DNA from: Phoronis australis
Taxonomy: Eukaryota; Animalia; Phoronida
Direction: 5' to 3'
NCBI GenBank assembly: GCA_002633005.1
Contig: NMRA01000709.1
Location: forward strand, 78,037-142,036
Length of the DNA stretch: 64,000 nt
Shown here in pieces: positions 1 to 12,175 of this stretch. How positions within the stretch are numbered: the stretch's first letter is position 1; each line of letters opens with the position of its first letter. The translations under genes and the position numbers were made by a program. The notes under the pieces were generated by a model. That model saw nothing but the letters and a program-made list of their open reading frames with translations. It was not told the origin of the DNA and made no database searches.

Positions 1-720
1 AACAAATACTCCCGTTATGAAACTTTTTCTTCGAGCAGTCCCTATTTCAGTTCCCAAAATCGTGAAATCAAAATTTTTGTACTGCGCACGCTCCAACTTT
101 TACCGCGCTCGCTAGGTGATGTGACTTCATAACCTCAATAATTTTTAAATAGGCCAAAGGTGAGCCATTGCGGTCTTGTCAGTCAAATGTTCGTTTCCAA
201 AATGCCACCACTTTTACTTGTCTTTAATTGGCGTTACTTGAAACTGTTTGTATTTCAATGAATTATTGTTTGTATTTGATAAGAATAAATGCTGTTGATA
301 TGACATTTAAAAGTCTTTAATGTTTAACAACACGGCAAATGCACGGCTGGTTCCCGGAAGCACGTACGCAAAGGGCGGGAACTTCAGCTTTCAAAGTTCG
401 CCGGTAGGATCGCAACTTGTGACCTTCGGCCTGGTTAAAAAAAAATGAAAATTTTGATTTCACGATTTTGGGAACCGAAATAGGGACTGCTCGAAGAAAA
501 AGTTTCATAACGGGAGTATTTGTTCGAGTTGGAAGAACTTAAATACATCGACAACCTCCTAAGGTGTTCGTCTATGCGCAAAAGGTAGTTATAACAACGT
601 GACTTTGATGGTTTAGTCGGTGCGAGGCATAATTCGCCGAAAAGCTTCCGGCGTACAGAGCACCTATAGCCTCTACACCGCCTCTGGTTCGGGCCAACAG
701 AGGCGATGGTCATTGCCTAT
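1..720. mobile_element. Non-autonomous long-TIR DNA transposon, Academ-like end; left end lies outside the window
   Basis: 1-77 is a near-perfect reverse complement of 448-524. The right end has a subterminal hairpin (cgcctctg...cagaggcg) followed by attgcctat, the same terminal style as the 3611-4346 element. Confidence 0.55.
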
Positions 721-1600
721 TTTAGGCAGAGCCTATGAGGTCTTGTAACAGGGGCATAGCCTATGAGTAGGGAGAACAGAACAAAAATTTTAGAAAATGT
801 GCATGTAATATACATCATTAGAAAGCTCTTCTCGAGACTAAAATAACGATACAAAAATATTTTAAATTGGTCTTATGGTTCCGGAGAAAATGTCATTTTC
901 ATATCAAAATTTTTGGTGAAAATTCTGTCAAATCGAATATGCGAGTTCAAAATATTATGATTTCAAAGCTAAGAAACATAGATAGACATGTAATACATCA
1001 TTTTAAAGGAACTTTTTATGATGAATAATTTGTCAAAAAACCATTTCGATTAGACGTTCCTGTGCGAAGATATTGACCTTAAAGTCAGTACAGCCGACAA
1101 AGAGAAGTCACTACGTACAATTGTGCAATTTCGAATTTTCATAAAATAACAATTACTCCAGGAAAAAAACAAATAAGGTATCATTTTAAAGATTTTTCAT
1201 CAGGAAAGTTGAAACTTGATAATTGATTGAGCAAAATTTTGATATTATTTGTGATATTGTTTTAACAATCATGCAGTTTGCAACCGGCTTAACTTTGTCA
1301 AAATCAATTACATTAAATAAAAATTAAAGATAAACAAACATCATTTCAAAAATGTATTGATGACAAGTATGATAAATAGAACATTTTAATACAAGCTTCT
1401 GAAAGACATATAATAAATAAAACTTTTAGTACATAAACTTTCCACAACAATGTAATAAAATGAAGACCCTGTCTTGAGCCATCCATTAATGTTTATGCTA
1501 TATCACCAACAAATGCAACATTCATAATCCTAAAATTGTCTCAAGTGATATGAACACAAAAAAAGAATCAATGATGTACAGATAAATAAGTTCTCAAGAC

Positions 1601-1881
1601 ATCCTCAAGAAAGGAGGGGCCAAACCCTTTCAGTGACAATTGACAGTGTGAGTACCTTCCAGTAAACAGACGCTCAGTGGAGTTCCTTATACAGACTTGT
1701 GGTATCCTCAAGGAAGGGGGCCAAACCCTTTCACCTGACTACTGTACGTCAGCGGAGTACCTTAGAGACTTGTGGCATTCTCAAGGAAAGGGGGCCAAAC
1801 CCTTTCACTGACCAAGTCAGTGGAGTACCTTACACAGACTTGTGGCGTCCTTAAGGAAGGGGGGGGGGGCCCAAACCCTTT
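1601..1881. repeat. Tandem array of four ~70-105 bp units with core CTCAAGGAAGGGGGCCAAACCCTTT
   Basis: Cores at ~1604, ~1708, ~1780 and ~1850. The linkers share cagtggagt(a/t)cctta-cagacttgtgg. Confidence 0.85.
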
Positions 1882-1920
1882 CTATCGTAAGTCATTGAAG
1901 TATCTATATGCAACATTGAG

Positions 1921-2031
1921 TTATTCCAGCACTTCGAAGTTCCTTTGACCAAAGTCATCAATCAGCCGAAAGGAATAGATAGCCTCATCTTCGTCGTAAT
2001 GGATATTAAACCAAGACAGATAACCGAGGAC
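1921..2031 (-). pseudogene. Terminal exon remnant encoding the C-terminal half of a Spindlin (Spin/Ssty)-like Tudor domain
   Basis: A tttcag acceptor precedes VLGYLSWFNIHYDEDEAIYSFRLIDDFGQRNFEVLE*, which resembles spindlin [28 protein letters not shown]. Upstream exons are not traceable. Confidence 0.55.
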
Positions 2032-3525
2032 CTGAAAGAATACTATAATTCATAAATGATTTGTTGCTATGGCATACAACAATTATTTGAACAGTGTTAT
2101 TCGAAAATGTTACCCTACTTGGAAATTATGCACAACATTTTAACAAAGGTGACATGATACTATTAAACTACAAGGTTGTGAAAAGAAAAAAAAAATAGCT
2201 AGATAGGTCACGTCAGTATTTGTCTGACAGTGTCTTAAGAGGTGGTGTTGACATATGGTACTTCTTCGCGGACTCCTCAACAGCATCTGGAGCTGAAAAG
2301 CACCGCCTGATGGGTGGAGGAGACAGCCAAATGAAGGAGGCTTTGACCGTGTGTCCATGAGATCATGTCCAACTGAATAAGTGATAAAATGCAAGTAGAA
2401 TCAGTAAAAGCAGGAAAGTAGAAGGATCTGGACTAAGAGCTAGAAGCAGAGTCTGGTGAGAAAGAAATGTGAGACATGATGATGATAGAAACTGATAAAT
2501 AGGAGTGAAATTATAAGAACAAAAATAGTGAAGAAGTAACAACTGGTTTGGTCCACAGCAACTTCCAACAAAGCTTACCTATAGGATATAGATCAGGGTG
2601 AGATTTATGAACTATCTTGGCAAACCTCACTTGTTCTGTTAAAAAGTAATATACTGGCCCGTGGTCAGAAAAAAAGTTTATGTTTCATAGTAGTGGACCA
2701 CAAAGTCTTGGAAACACAGGACTGCAGTAGAACTGTATATTTGTAATATTTGTTAAATCTAAAATTAAAATATTTTCATTTTCTATCTTGACATATTCTG
2801 AATAAAATGTCATGACTAATAAGGCAAAATGGGTGTGGACCTCTCTGGAAACAAGCCAACCCAAGTCTATCAGTGGCTTGACCAACAAAAATGTCAGTGA
2901 ATACAGATCCCTAATCAAAGCCAGTACCTTCACTTACTTTGAACAAAGAGTTTTGCCATGAAGTGTTCACACTGTATACAAAGATTGTTCCACGAAAGAC
3001 TGTCGCAGAGACTGAAGGTGAACCTGCACCTGGTTCATCGACTGCAGAGCCATGTACATCCACAAAATCTAAACGTGAACCTACCCCTGGTCCGTCAATT
3101 GCAATACCATCTACACCCAAAGAATCTGAATGTGAACCTAACCTTGGTCTGTCAATAGCGGATTTGCAGCGCAAACGAACTACGCATTGCGCATGTGCGA
3201 GTTACTTCCTGCGCGAAGGCTCATGGGATAGCTTGTGGTCAGGCTTGTCTTGAGGGGGCTGGATAGTGTGTGCAGTTGGAGTGATTTGCAAACTAAAAAC
3301 CATGTTTCATTTTTTTGCTTTATAATACCAAGCAAGTCCTCTCTCTCGTTTGTAAATACAGCGAAGCTATGATCAGTGACCGTGTGACCGAGGGCACGAC
3401 TGTCGTCATGTTCAGTATTGGGGCTATCGGCGTTGATTTCGAAATCCCCTCCGGTTTCAGACAAGTTGAGAGTTCTTGGGTTGCTAAACTTTTGTAGCTT
3501 TCGCCGTGGATATGCTAGAGACGTT

Positions 3526-4538
3526 AATTTTAAGAGGAAACTCCGTCGGAATGTTGTTCTCATGCGTCTTTTTTCCACCAGGAAAATGTTAGCTGCACAC
3601 ACGATGGTCCATAGGCAATTACATCGCACTGGATGCCGCAGGCATTCAGGGGTGATAGTACATCCTCACAAAAAGTTACTCATTTCAAAATACAGCAAAT
3701 AAAATCAATACATATAGGAACACGGAGTTATAATTACCACAAACCACGACTCTGGATACAATTTAGTCAGCAAAACTTCAACAAATCGATGAAAATCTGT
3801 CGCGGTTTGCTCGAGTTTCTCTCAGTTACCGGGTGCCATTTTGAGGAAGTTACGTGAAATTACGCATGTTGAAGAAAAAAACATCCAAGGGACACACATC
3901 TTACAAGTTTCACCCGATACCTTCTCATGCTATTTTACAAGTGTCGCACGCTAGCGTCACGCGCTTCGCTCAGTCTCGCGCTAACCTTTGCCTAACTCGC
4001 GTGATTCAGTTGACATGCTTTGTGGTTATCGCGCACGCGGTGATAAAATTAACGGCAACCAAAAAGTTGAGTTGTAATTCTTCGCCAAAGTCAACTTAAT
4101 TCTCACAACTAAGCTTCATCAAAGATATGTATAGAAGTAGAAAGAACCAATGATGAAAGTAAGCGTTTTTTTAAATGATAGTTTTAAGTGTAATGTATTT
4201 TTGACGAGGTGAAAACTCGAAATCGGTAACCCAAATCCGGTCACGGCCCGTTTAAAATACACTGAAGTAACGAAATGAGTACAGAAAGCGAATGGAAATA
4301 TTGTAGCCCCTATATGGCCAACCGAGGGGCTACGTGTTGCCTACTAGATGGCCCCGCGTTGGTTTGAATGCGCTAAATCTCCCCTTACTCCCAGCTCTCC
4401 TAATGTTGTTTATCCATTTTTCACGAAGTTCTTGGTTTGCAGGAAACACATAAAAATCAGATTTTTATCTCTCTTGTTGTTTTTGAAGCAGCCAGGATTA
4501 CAACAAATGTATCCGCCGTAAGTTTTCTTCGCGCTCAT
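3526..4538 (-). pseudogene. THAP zinc-finger ORF remnant, interrupted by 3611-4346
   Basis: Reconstructed as MSAKKTYGGYICCNPGCFKNN..FYVFPANQELREKWINNIRR..FKPTRGH|RVCS*HFPGGKKTHENNIPTEFP. This has the C2CH, P, W, F and IPT signature, with one frameshift and one stop. Confidence 0.8.
3611..4346. mobile_element. Academ-like non-autonomous element
   Basis: Ends (a)taggcaa and ttgcctacta, each with a subterminal hairpin (gtagcccct..aggggctac at the right end). Flanking direct repeat gatggtcc / gatggccc. Confidence 0.6.
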
Positions 4539-7252
4539 ACCGCGTATTATGCTTGTTACTATGGCCGCTTTCTGAATCCTGACCACAGCACCCACAATGC
4601 ACCATTTTAACCTAATTTCAATATGGCGTCGCTGCAAATCCGCTATTGCAATGCAGTCAACACCCACAGAATCTGAATGTGAACTTACCTCTGGTCTATA
4701 CTCTGCAAAGCCATTTACACCACGACACATTCTTACACCTACGAAAGTAAAGCTTAAAAAGCGCCTGCAGTACCTGTCCAAGTCCAAATCAACGCAGAAA
4801 AAAAATATCAAAGTCGAAACAGAAAATTAAAAACAGAACTGAGGAATATAAAAGTGTTACAAGTAAAGCACCTGACTCAGCAGATTAAACACAAGAACGT
4901 TACTATCGCTAAGAAGAACGCCCTTATCATACAGCTGAGGCAGACTGCGAATGATCAACTACAGAAGGAATTGACACTTCTAAGAAGGAGACATAACAAA
5001 CTGAAGAGGTATACTTCTTTTTAGTCCCTGGTTTCTATGTTCTATTAAACTAAATTTGATTTTTAATTTCATAGCCTTAGATAATAATTTGATATAACAA
5101 TACCTTCATTACTTGCAGTCTAATGGGAAGGTAGAGCCTCATAAAATCGTATCAAATAAACTTGCATACTTAATATATATTATATTTTTATAGTGAAGGT
5201 ATCACAAAGACAGAAGACAACATTCTCGGTCTCATACTCCTGATCAGTGTCTGCATGGTGCCTTAAAAGATAAAGATGATGTAATCTGTGATCTTCAACA
5301 ACGAAACCAAGAGCTGGAAGAGATGGTGGCAGGTATTAAGGATGAGGGTGACACACTGGTGGAAAAGACAAAGACTTATCCCTCTAATGGCCGTATGGTG
5401 TTTTACGATGCCATTGTAAATAATGTGCCGACAAAAAATGCACCAATTCTTATTGCCAAGATCCTTACTCAGGCAGGTGTATATGTTGAATATGTGCCAC
5501 ATAGAAACACTGCAGAACTCATGGTGAGGGACTTAGGTGCTTTGTCTGACATGTTTGTTGGGGAAACCCTCATCGTTACGCCTAACATCACCTTGGGCTT
5601 TGACGCCACAACGCAAGATGGTGTACACATCAACTGCGTACATATTACAACGCAGTATGAATGTCAGATTTTATCCATTGACCAGTTACCTGGTGGCACT
5701 GCTGTTGACTATGCCAAGCGTATTAATGACATGCTTGAAAATATTGCCGATGTGTATGCCACTTACCACAACCTTGATTATGACGACTGTCGGCTGGCAA
5801 TGATTAAGAAATTTCTAATAACATGACTGACTGTGCCACTGTAAATCACGCTACCATAAAGCTTGAGGAACAGTGGAACACATCACTCAACTAACTCAAC
5901 TGTCACCTTCATACATTGGACACCATCGCCACTTTATGCTGGACTGTACTGAAGTCTCATGAAAATGTAAGGGGGAAAAGTGTTTGGCTGAGATTGTTAT
6001 GCTGCTAATCTTGTATTAGCCCTCAACAAAGTTTGCTTTAATGGCAAAAGTGACTCCAAAAGCTTCAAACTTTTCTTGATGAGGCACAGCTTGGTTGCGG
6101 ACTACATTTTTTGTTTGACTTGTGTGGGAAATATTTTCAGCATCAAAATTCATTTCGCGAATTTTTGTCCACCTCAGTCTTGGCATGTGGGGCCTTACAG
6201 AAAGCTTTGTGTGCAGATTTCTCTAATGAAGTGGCCACAACAGAGTTTCAAGTTCTTGGACTGGTTGGAAAATTGTTAAGTGGGCCTTGGATGAAACGGT
6301 TTTACCAAGCTGCAAGTGATATCGAGGCATTCAAGCACGTCCAGTATGTGATCGACAAGTGCAACTCAACTGTAGATAACCTCATGTACACACTCTCAAC
6401 TACTGAGGATTTGTTTGGCAAGAAGTTAGTCGCAGACGAACAACTGGCAGTGCTGTAACAAAGGCCTTGCAATTCAGACCTATGTTGTGCAATGATGGCG
6501 TCATGTCTGTGTGCCATTGCTGAGGTTTTGGAGCGAAAGTACAGTCGGTATTTCAATATGGAAATTACACAGCAAGTTTTACTGAAGACAAGTTCTGCAA
6601 GATTGCGCAACATGGACAGTGAGAAGATGGGGATGTTCAGCGCTTTATAGACCCCAACTGCCACATTGTGTTACATGTCCTCAAAATTGAGAGCACAGAA
6701 GAACAAAATGACAGAAAAACTAGATGCTTTTACAGATGACAGACGGACTTCTGTAGTTAAAGCGGCTGTACATCCTGGAAGGAAGCATTTGGGCTTCAGG
6801 AGGATCCAGTCGGCTGAGGTGAACAAGGAACTAAAAAAAAGACTAAAATCAAAGGTGACAAAATAAGAAACGCAGTTTCGAACAAAGCTTGAGAAGAGGT
6901 TGAAAAGCAAAGCTTTAGACATTGAAAAGGACTTCCCTGATTTGGACTCAAACATCAGAGATGCTTTAAAAGATCTAATGAATGGTCGGATTGTTGGCAG
7001 ACGTATTCTGCACGTATGGATTGAAAATGACAAGTTACTGTATCGTTGAAAAATAGAAAAACTCCTTAAAAGGAAAGAACTGTACAAAGTGAGTTACTGG
7101 AAAGATTGTGGAGAGTGCGAGGAAGAAGCTGTGGAATTTGATGTCCCCAAGCATGAACTATCTGCAGATTTAGTTAATAAGGACTTGATTTTCTGTTGAA
7201 ATCAGAAAAACATGGACATGCATATTGAAATAGAAGAACAGCCATGCTACTG

Positions 7253-7959
7253 TTATGCGCCTACATATTTATATGTCGGCGAATTATGCCACCATCCCTG
7301 TCCGGCATTCACTGCTCTATCTCCAAAATCACTTGATGTGTTCATGAAATTTTGCACACATGTTCCTTTCATGGATGGGACGGCATGAGTGAACTTACGG
7401 ACGAATCCAACTACTGGTGCAATTTTAGTTTTTTACATTTACTTTATCTTGAAAGGTACTCGACATATTTTTTCATAAAATTTGGTGTATAAGCATCTGT
7501 TAGTGAGATTATGCTATCCTCTTTTTTCGAAAGGCATCCCATAGTGGCCATTTTTACTGTTTTTGGGTCTGCTTTTTTGGCGTTCGCCCTTCTTTCAGCC
7601 AAACAACTCCGTGGATGATTGTGAAAATTGGCGCAGATGTTTTCAGTGTGAAGGGGACAGTTAGCAATGAGGATTTCGACTACTGTGGTGCCTCCTAATG
7701 GCCTATTTTGGTAAATAGCTTTCTATTAAAGAGGCTATGTTCCCGTTTTTGGATGGATTTTTTGTGTCCTCTAATGGCTATTTTTTGCTACAACCATAGA
7801 AGCACCCAGTTTGCGGTGCATGTTCGGGTGACGAGGACTTCGACTACTGTGGTGCCTCCTAGTTGCCTATTTTGGTAAATAGCTTTCTATTAAAGAGGCG
7901 ATGTTCTCAGTTTGCGGTACGTGTTCGGGTGTATTTGTATGCTCTGCGTTGCTCTTGTT
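7253..7959 (+). mobile_element. Helentron/DINE-like non-autonomous element, decayed copy
   Basis: Colinear with 29656-30748: 5' ttatgcgcctacat and 3' gctctgcgttgctcttgtt. Confidence 0.7.
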
Positions 7960-8355
7960 TTTTGTAATAGTTAATGTTCTCAGTTTTGTAATCTGTTTGA
8001 TATGTGACACGACCATATTCAGAAATATGCGGCAGCCGTCTTGAATCCTGGTCCACTGTTTCTTTAGTCTCGGTTTGGTAGAAATTGACTACAATGTATT
8101 TGTGGTTTTCTTCTGGGAGACCCATAAGTTTTCCAGGCGATTATTGAATAGATATGGATTGTTTTTCTCATTGATGCACTTTTTTCTGTTAAGAAATGAT
8201 TATTGGCTGCCATTTTTGTTCCGCCATTTTGTTTGGGTTTTCAGCATTTAAAATATGTTAACATAGAGTTGATCTCTTTGTTTTAAGCTTTCTGAAGTGG
8301 GTTGAATCATTAAAATTGACCAATGGGTGACCATGTTATGTTTTCGAACCACTTG

Positions 8356-10815
8356 CAGGGCTCGAAGCTATTAAAATCGCCAGGTTGCATTTTGCGACCT
8401 AGGCAGAATCCCAGGTCGCATTTCCAAAATCCAGCTCGCATTCATCAATGCCAGGTCGCAAATTTTCCCGCCATTTTTACGCGCCAAAATTGATTTTAGA
8501 TCATCGAGAAAATGTTTAGATTATTCTGTTACCTGCCGCGTTAAATACTCACAAATTTCAGATCCCTAAACTGACTTCATTCATGCAGGTACGGCGTTAC
8601 TGTTCTTCACGACCCCCTTGAAAGTCTCTAGAGCGCAAGTCAAGTTCCCGACGTGAAAGTTGAATTAGTGCTTTCTAACAGAGACGTGCGTTCGAGTAGC
8701 TAAGTTTGTGATTTGAAAAGGGAGAAAATGCCCGTTGAAAAAGTATCTGGGATTTTGCCGGGTCTGACCTGCTACTGGCTGTCATCAAAGTCGTTAAAGA
8801 TTCAAACTACCTCCGAGGGCAAATTCCCTCCGCTTTTTGTTCGCAGCCCAAATTTTGCAACTTAACTCATGTTTGAAAAACGTCTGTCGCAAAAAAAAGC
8901 GTGAAACGATGCTTTAACCGAATAAACAATTCAGTGCAAATTTCACAACAAAAATGTGGTACTTATGCTGTTTACGTACTCAACAATTAGTTCTCCATGA
9001 AGTGAATAGCCTCCAAATAATTCCCGACTCCCTCCTTGCGAGTTTCCATCTGGTAATGGCAAGTTTGCTCAATACCTTCCAGGTTCGGGAAAAATAGGTC
9101 AGTCACAAAACGATGCGCATGTCACTAGTGTTAACTTTCTTTTGGAGGTATAAAACTAAGCCGGGATTTGGTTTTTACATATTGAGAAAAGACGTTTTTT
9201 GAAAACGGAATTTGTTGTGTAAAATGAGAGTGACGCACCATATAGACTGCGAGTCAATTTTAAACCACGCGTGGTCGTTTGTAGTGCGATATGATGGGCA
9301 CTAGCCTAAACTGTGGGCGCTTAATTGGAAATTCTCAAAAGTTGAGGGGGAATGCTTTGTAGATCAGTGAGCGCTTATTGTGGAACACTTCAAAGGTAGG
9401 GAGTTGGTTTGTGCGTTAGCATAGTCGTTAACCTGAGTGTTTGAGGTAATAAGATATTAAAAGACTACAATGGTAAGAAACGTTATAATAATACGATTTT
9501 GCGAGGCAAACGCCATCTAGTAGTGGTGACTTTCTGCATATCGTTACCACCTACACTGTACCCTTTTTAGCCACCCGGAATGATTTTGTTCTTAATTACC
9601 CGCTTCAGCTGGAACACGATTGTTTCTATTGGAGTCTGAACATTTTTACGGCGGCGATGGTCTGGGGAGCGAAAAGTTGCCCGGGAGGGGGAGTTGTATG
9701 AACAGAAGAATAAAAAAAGTTCGCTAACCAGAATTTTGCATCTAGTACCCGTTTAGTTGCAATAGCTGGCTACGGGCATAGAATATAGGGTTTAGAGAAC
9801 ATCGACCTCGAGAAACATCGGAACTGGAAAATATCAGTTCTGGGTTACATCCGTCACGGGGAATATCGTAAAGCATCAGGTCTTTTATAACTGCCGGGAA
9901 TCTATGAGTTCATTTTCAAATAAACCATTGGCACCTGGGTGCTAATAGAGCCATTTAGGACTGCCGCTGTTCACTTTTGATGTGCAGCTTTGAAACGGTG
10001 CGCACGCGTGAGTTCACGCACTTAAATTGCTTGAATAGGCCTACACTTTACATTGGCAATTGAACGTGTGAAAGACAAATCATATTTCGTGGACGTAGCC
10101 CCAGAAACAAGTAATGGGGTTTGAGAATTTCTTGGCAACTGAAAGTAAAGATGTGATCGTTGTTTGGGGATTAATAGGTTGTCATTTTCACTTTGACCGT
10201 CTTATGGGATAAAAACTAGGCGCACATATCTAAGTCACGATTGTCTTGCCGGGACAGCTTGCACGCTAACAACGGGACCGACCAGTGCCGCAGTGCGATA
10301 TCAGGGTTATTGTCGTGGATATTTTATAAATGTAATAAGGACATCTTAAGCGAAAAACAAACATATTTGTCCACCACAAAGTTTGATAAGTTGATCGCTT
10401 AAGAATTAATAGAAACACTGCTGTTTTGTGAGGTTTTATCATGTGTTATGTGGCCCGAAACTTTCTTCGGCAAATCCGGAAATTTGAAAAAGTGGCCGAA
10501 AATGTTAGCCAATGAAACGCGTCAAAGATCGATTCTGCATATCCCATGGTCACGGGACTTGCTTACAAGTCATTGGGAGGGCTGTTCTCAGTTAATGGTC
10601 TTTTGAACTTGGAGTTGGCAACAACCAATGGTCGGATTAACAATAGCTGCTTTATATTTGCTATGTATCTGCCGAGAAGTGTAAAAACTCAGCTCGCATT
10701 CGTTGGAAATTCCAGGTTGCATTTTGCAACTTGATACGAGCTGACAAATATCTCAGCTCGCATTTCCAAATTTCAGGTCGCAAATGCGACCTGCAGCTCG
10801 TTATGTCGAGCCCTG
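8356..10815 (+). mobile_element. hAT5-type non-autonomous element (5-bp TSD), copy 1
   Basis: TIRs CAGGGCTCGA / TCGAGCCCTG and TSD ACTTG on both sides. Subterminal cag(g/c)tcgca repeats. Colinear with 47389-49572. Confidence 0.9.
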
Positions 10816-12175
10816 ACTTGACATAGAAAGTTAATTAATACACCATTAGGAAGCTTATGATGTGACTTTTCCAATGGTGCCGTATTCTTTGCTAAATGTA
10901 GAAAATTAAATTTTTTGTCACGTCCCTATACCTACAGTACTAAAATTCTACAGTAACGTCTTCAATTTATCAATAAGATCCGACAGTTCTGAAAAAATCA
11001 TTGTGCGCGAAATTTGTAGACCACAAACCTCTCTGCCATGTCGGTACTTAGCTGTAACTATATACACTTCAAACTTCCACCGTGCTTCAACAAGAATGCA
11101 AGTTTTGCTGATCTTGCAAGGGACGTGTCCAATAATGGTCTGGCCTTTCAGAACAGAAGCAGTGTACTTGTCAAAGGGATTTTATTACATGTTTTCCATA
11201 CAGATCTCCCTCAACAGGAATCCAAATTTCTTTCTACAAGTGAAATCCGTGAATGGAAGACTAATAAAAACTTGACCTTTGTTCAGTTAGAAGCACGTGG
11301 CCAGGATACGCTTGCTACATTCAAACTCCTGTCATAGATTAGTCTTCGAGAGTGTTCTATTCTAGAAATGGGTATCAACATCGGCAAATACTGGCACTTC
11401 ATTATTTCCGAAAGTTTCTAATACGGTAAAAATGTTTGCATTATTTTTAAGGGGAAATTATTGAATTAGTCATAATTGGTGTTTTTAAAGTCAAAATGAC
11501 CCACTGATAGTGAACACTTGCGCAGCCCTTACACCTCTCCCATATCTCCCGAAAAATAACTGTTAAGACTGTCACGCATCCAGTCACCCGGCCACTCAAT
11601 GACATCGGTCTTACCGGCCGAGAGAATTCTCAAACGCTTTTTTGCAGATGAGATCAACAAGTGCTAAATTAAACATGTTCTGCTTTACTGCTTGTGTTAA
11701 TTTCCTTAGTTACAATGCACACCTAGATCGTTACATCGCGTTTACTCTGGCAAATGAACTCTGATAACATACACTCGCTCGCTCACTCACACAATACGCA
11801 TGCGACTTCAAAACAAACATCATGTGACAACAACATGTGCGTTTGTCCAGAGATTTTTGTCATGTTGTAGTGTACGATCTAGCGCAGACTTGTACTTAAT
11901 ATGCTGTTAATCCCGACTCCACAGGAACTTAAAAATCTTATGGACGCTATTTTGAAAACTGAAGGAGGATTTCAGGTAATTTGTTGAGTCGGAAACTATA
12001 TTTTTACTCAAGAATATAAGTTGACCTATCGGCAATTGCAAGGCATCGATGCATCAGTCGGCGAGTTTTTGCACTGGGATTTTCTGAAAAGTGCTCGTAA
12101 TTTAACAGCAAAGTTTGATAGATATGTACTGCAATTTTGTAGAAACTGTGTCATATGATACAGATGCATCACAGA

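Larger units (their letters stand above)
3157..4644 (-). mobile_element. ISL2EU/Harbinger-like non-autonomous element with a THAP-domain remnant
   Basis: Perfect 15-bp TIRs AGCGGATTTGCAGCG (3157-3171 and 4630-4644) with an AT duplication. Removing it restores ctgtcaattgcaatg, which matches the adjacent repeat unit of the host ORF. Confidence 0.75.
2810..7198 (+). pseudogene. Decayed DDE transposase (CxxH class, hAT-like), split by the 3157-4644 insertion
   Basis: Fragments TLGFDATTQ (first D), LPGGTAVDY, MTDCATVNHA (second D), NCHLHTLD (CxxH), LGLVGKLLSGPW and RNMDSEK (E), plus a C-terminal IVGRRILHVW...YKVSYW...ADLVNKDL. Many stops and frameshifts. The 5' boundary is approximate. Confidence 0.75.
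768..10928 (+). mobile_element. Decayed large DNA transposon (hAT-like, TAGGG ends) containing several nested insertions
   Basis: Imperfect TIR-like ends: tagggagaacagaacaaaaatttt at 768 and aaattttttgtcacgtcccta at 10928. A degenerate DDE transposase lies inside. No matching TSD was found, so pairing of the two ends is uncertain. Confidence 0.45.

Noticed and set aside
1601-1881. CRISPR-like repeat-spacer array
   Set aside because: The linkers are homologous to each other, the repeats are variable, there are no cas genes, and the context is eukaryotic with spliced genes.
759-10937. TSD for the large hAT-like element
   Set aside because: The flanks gcctatgag and tacctacag do not match, and the missing left part of M is not found at 768.
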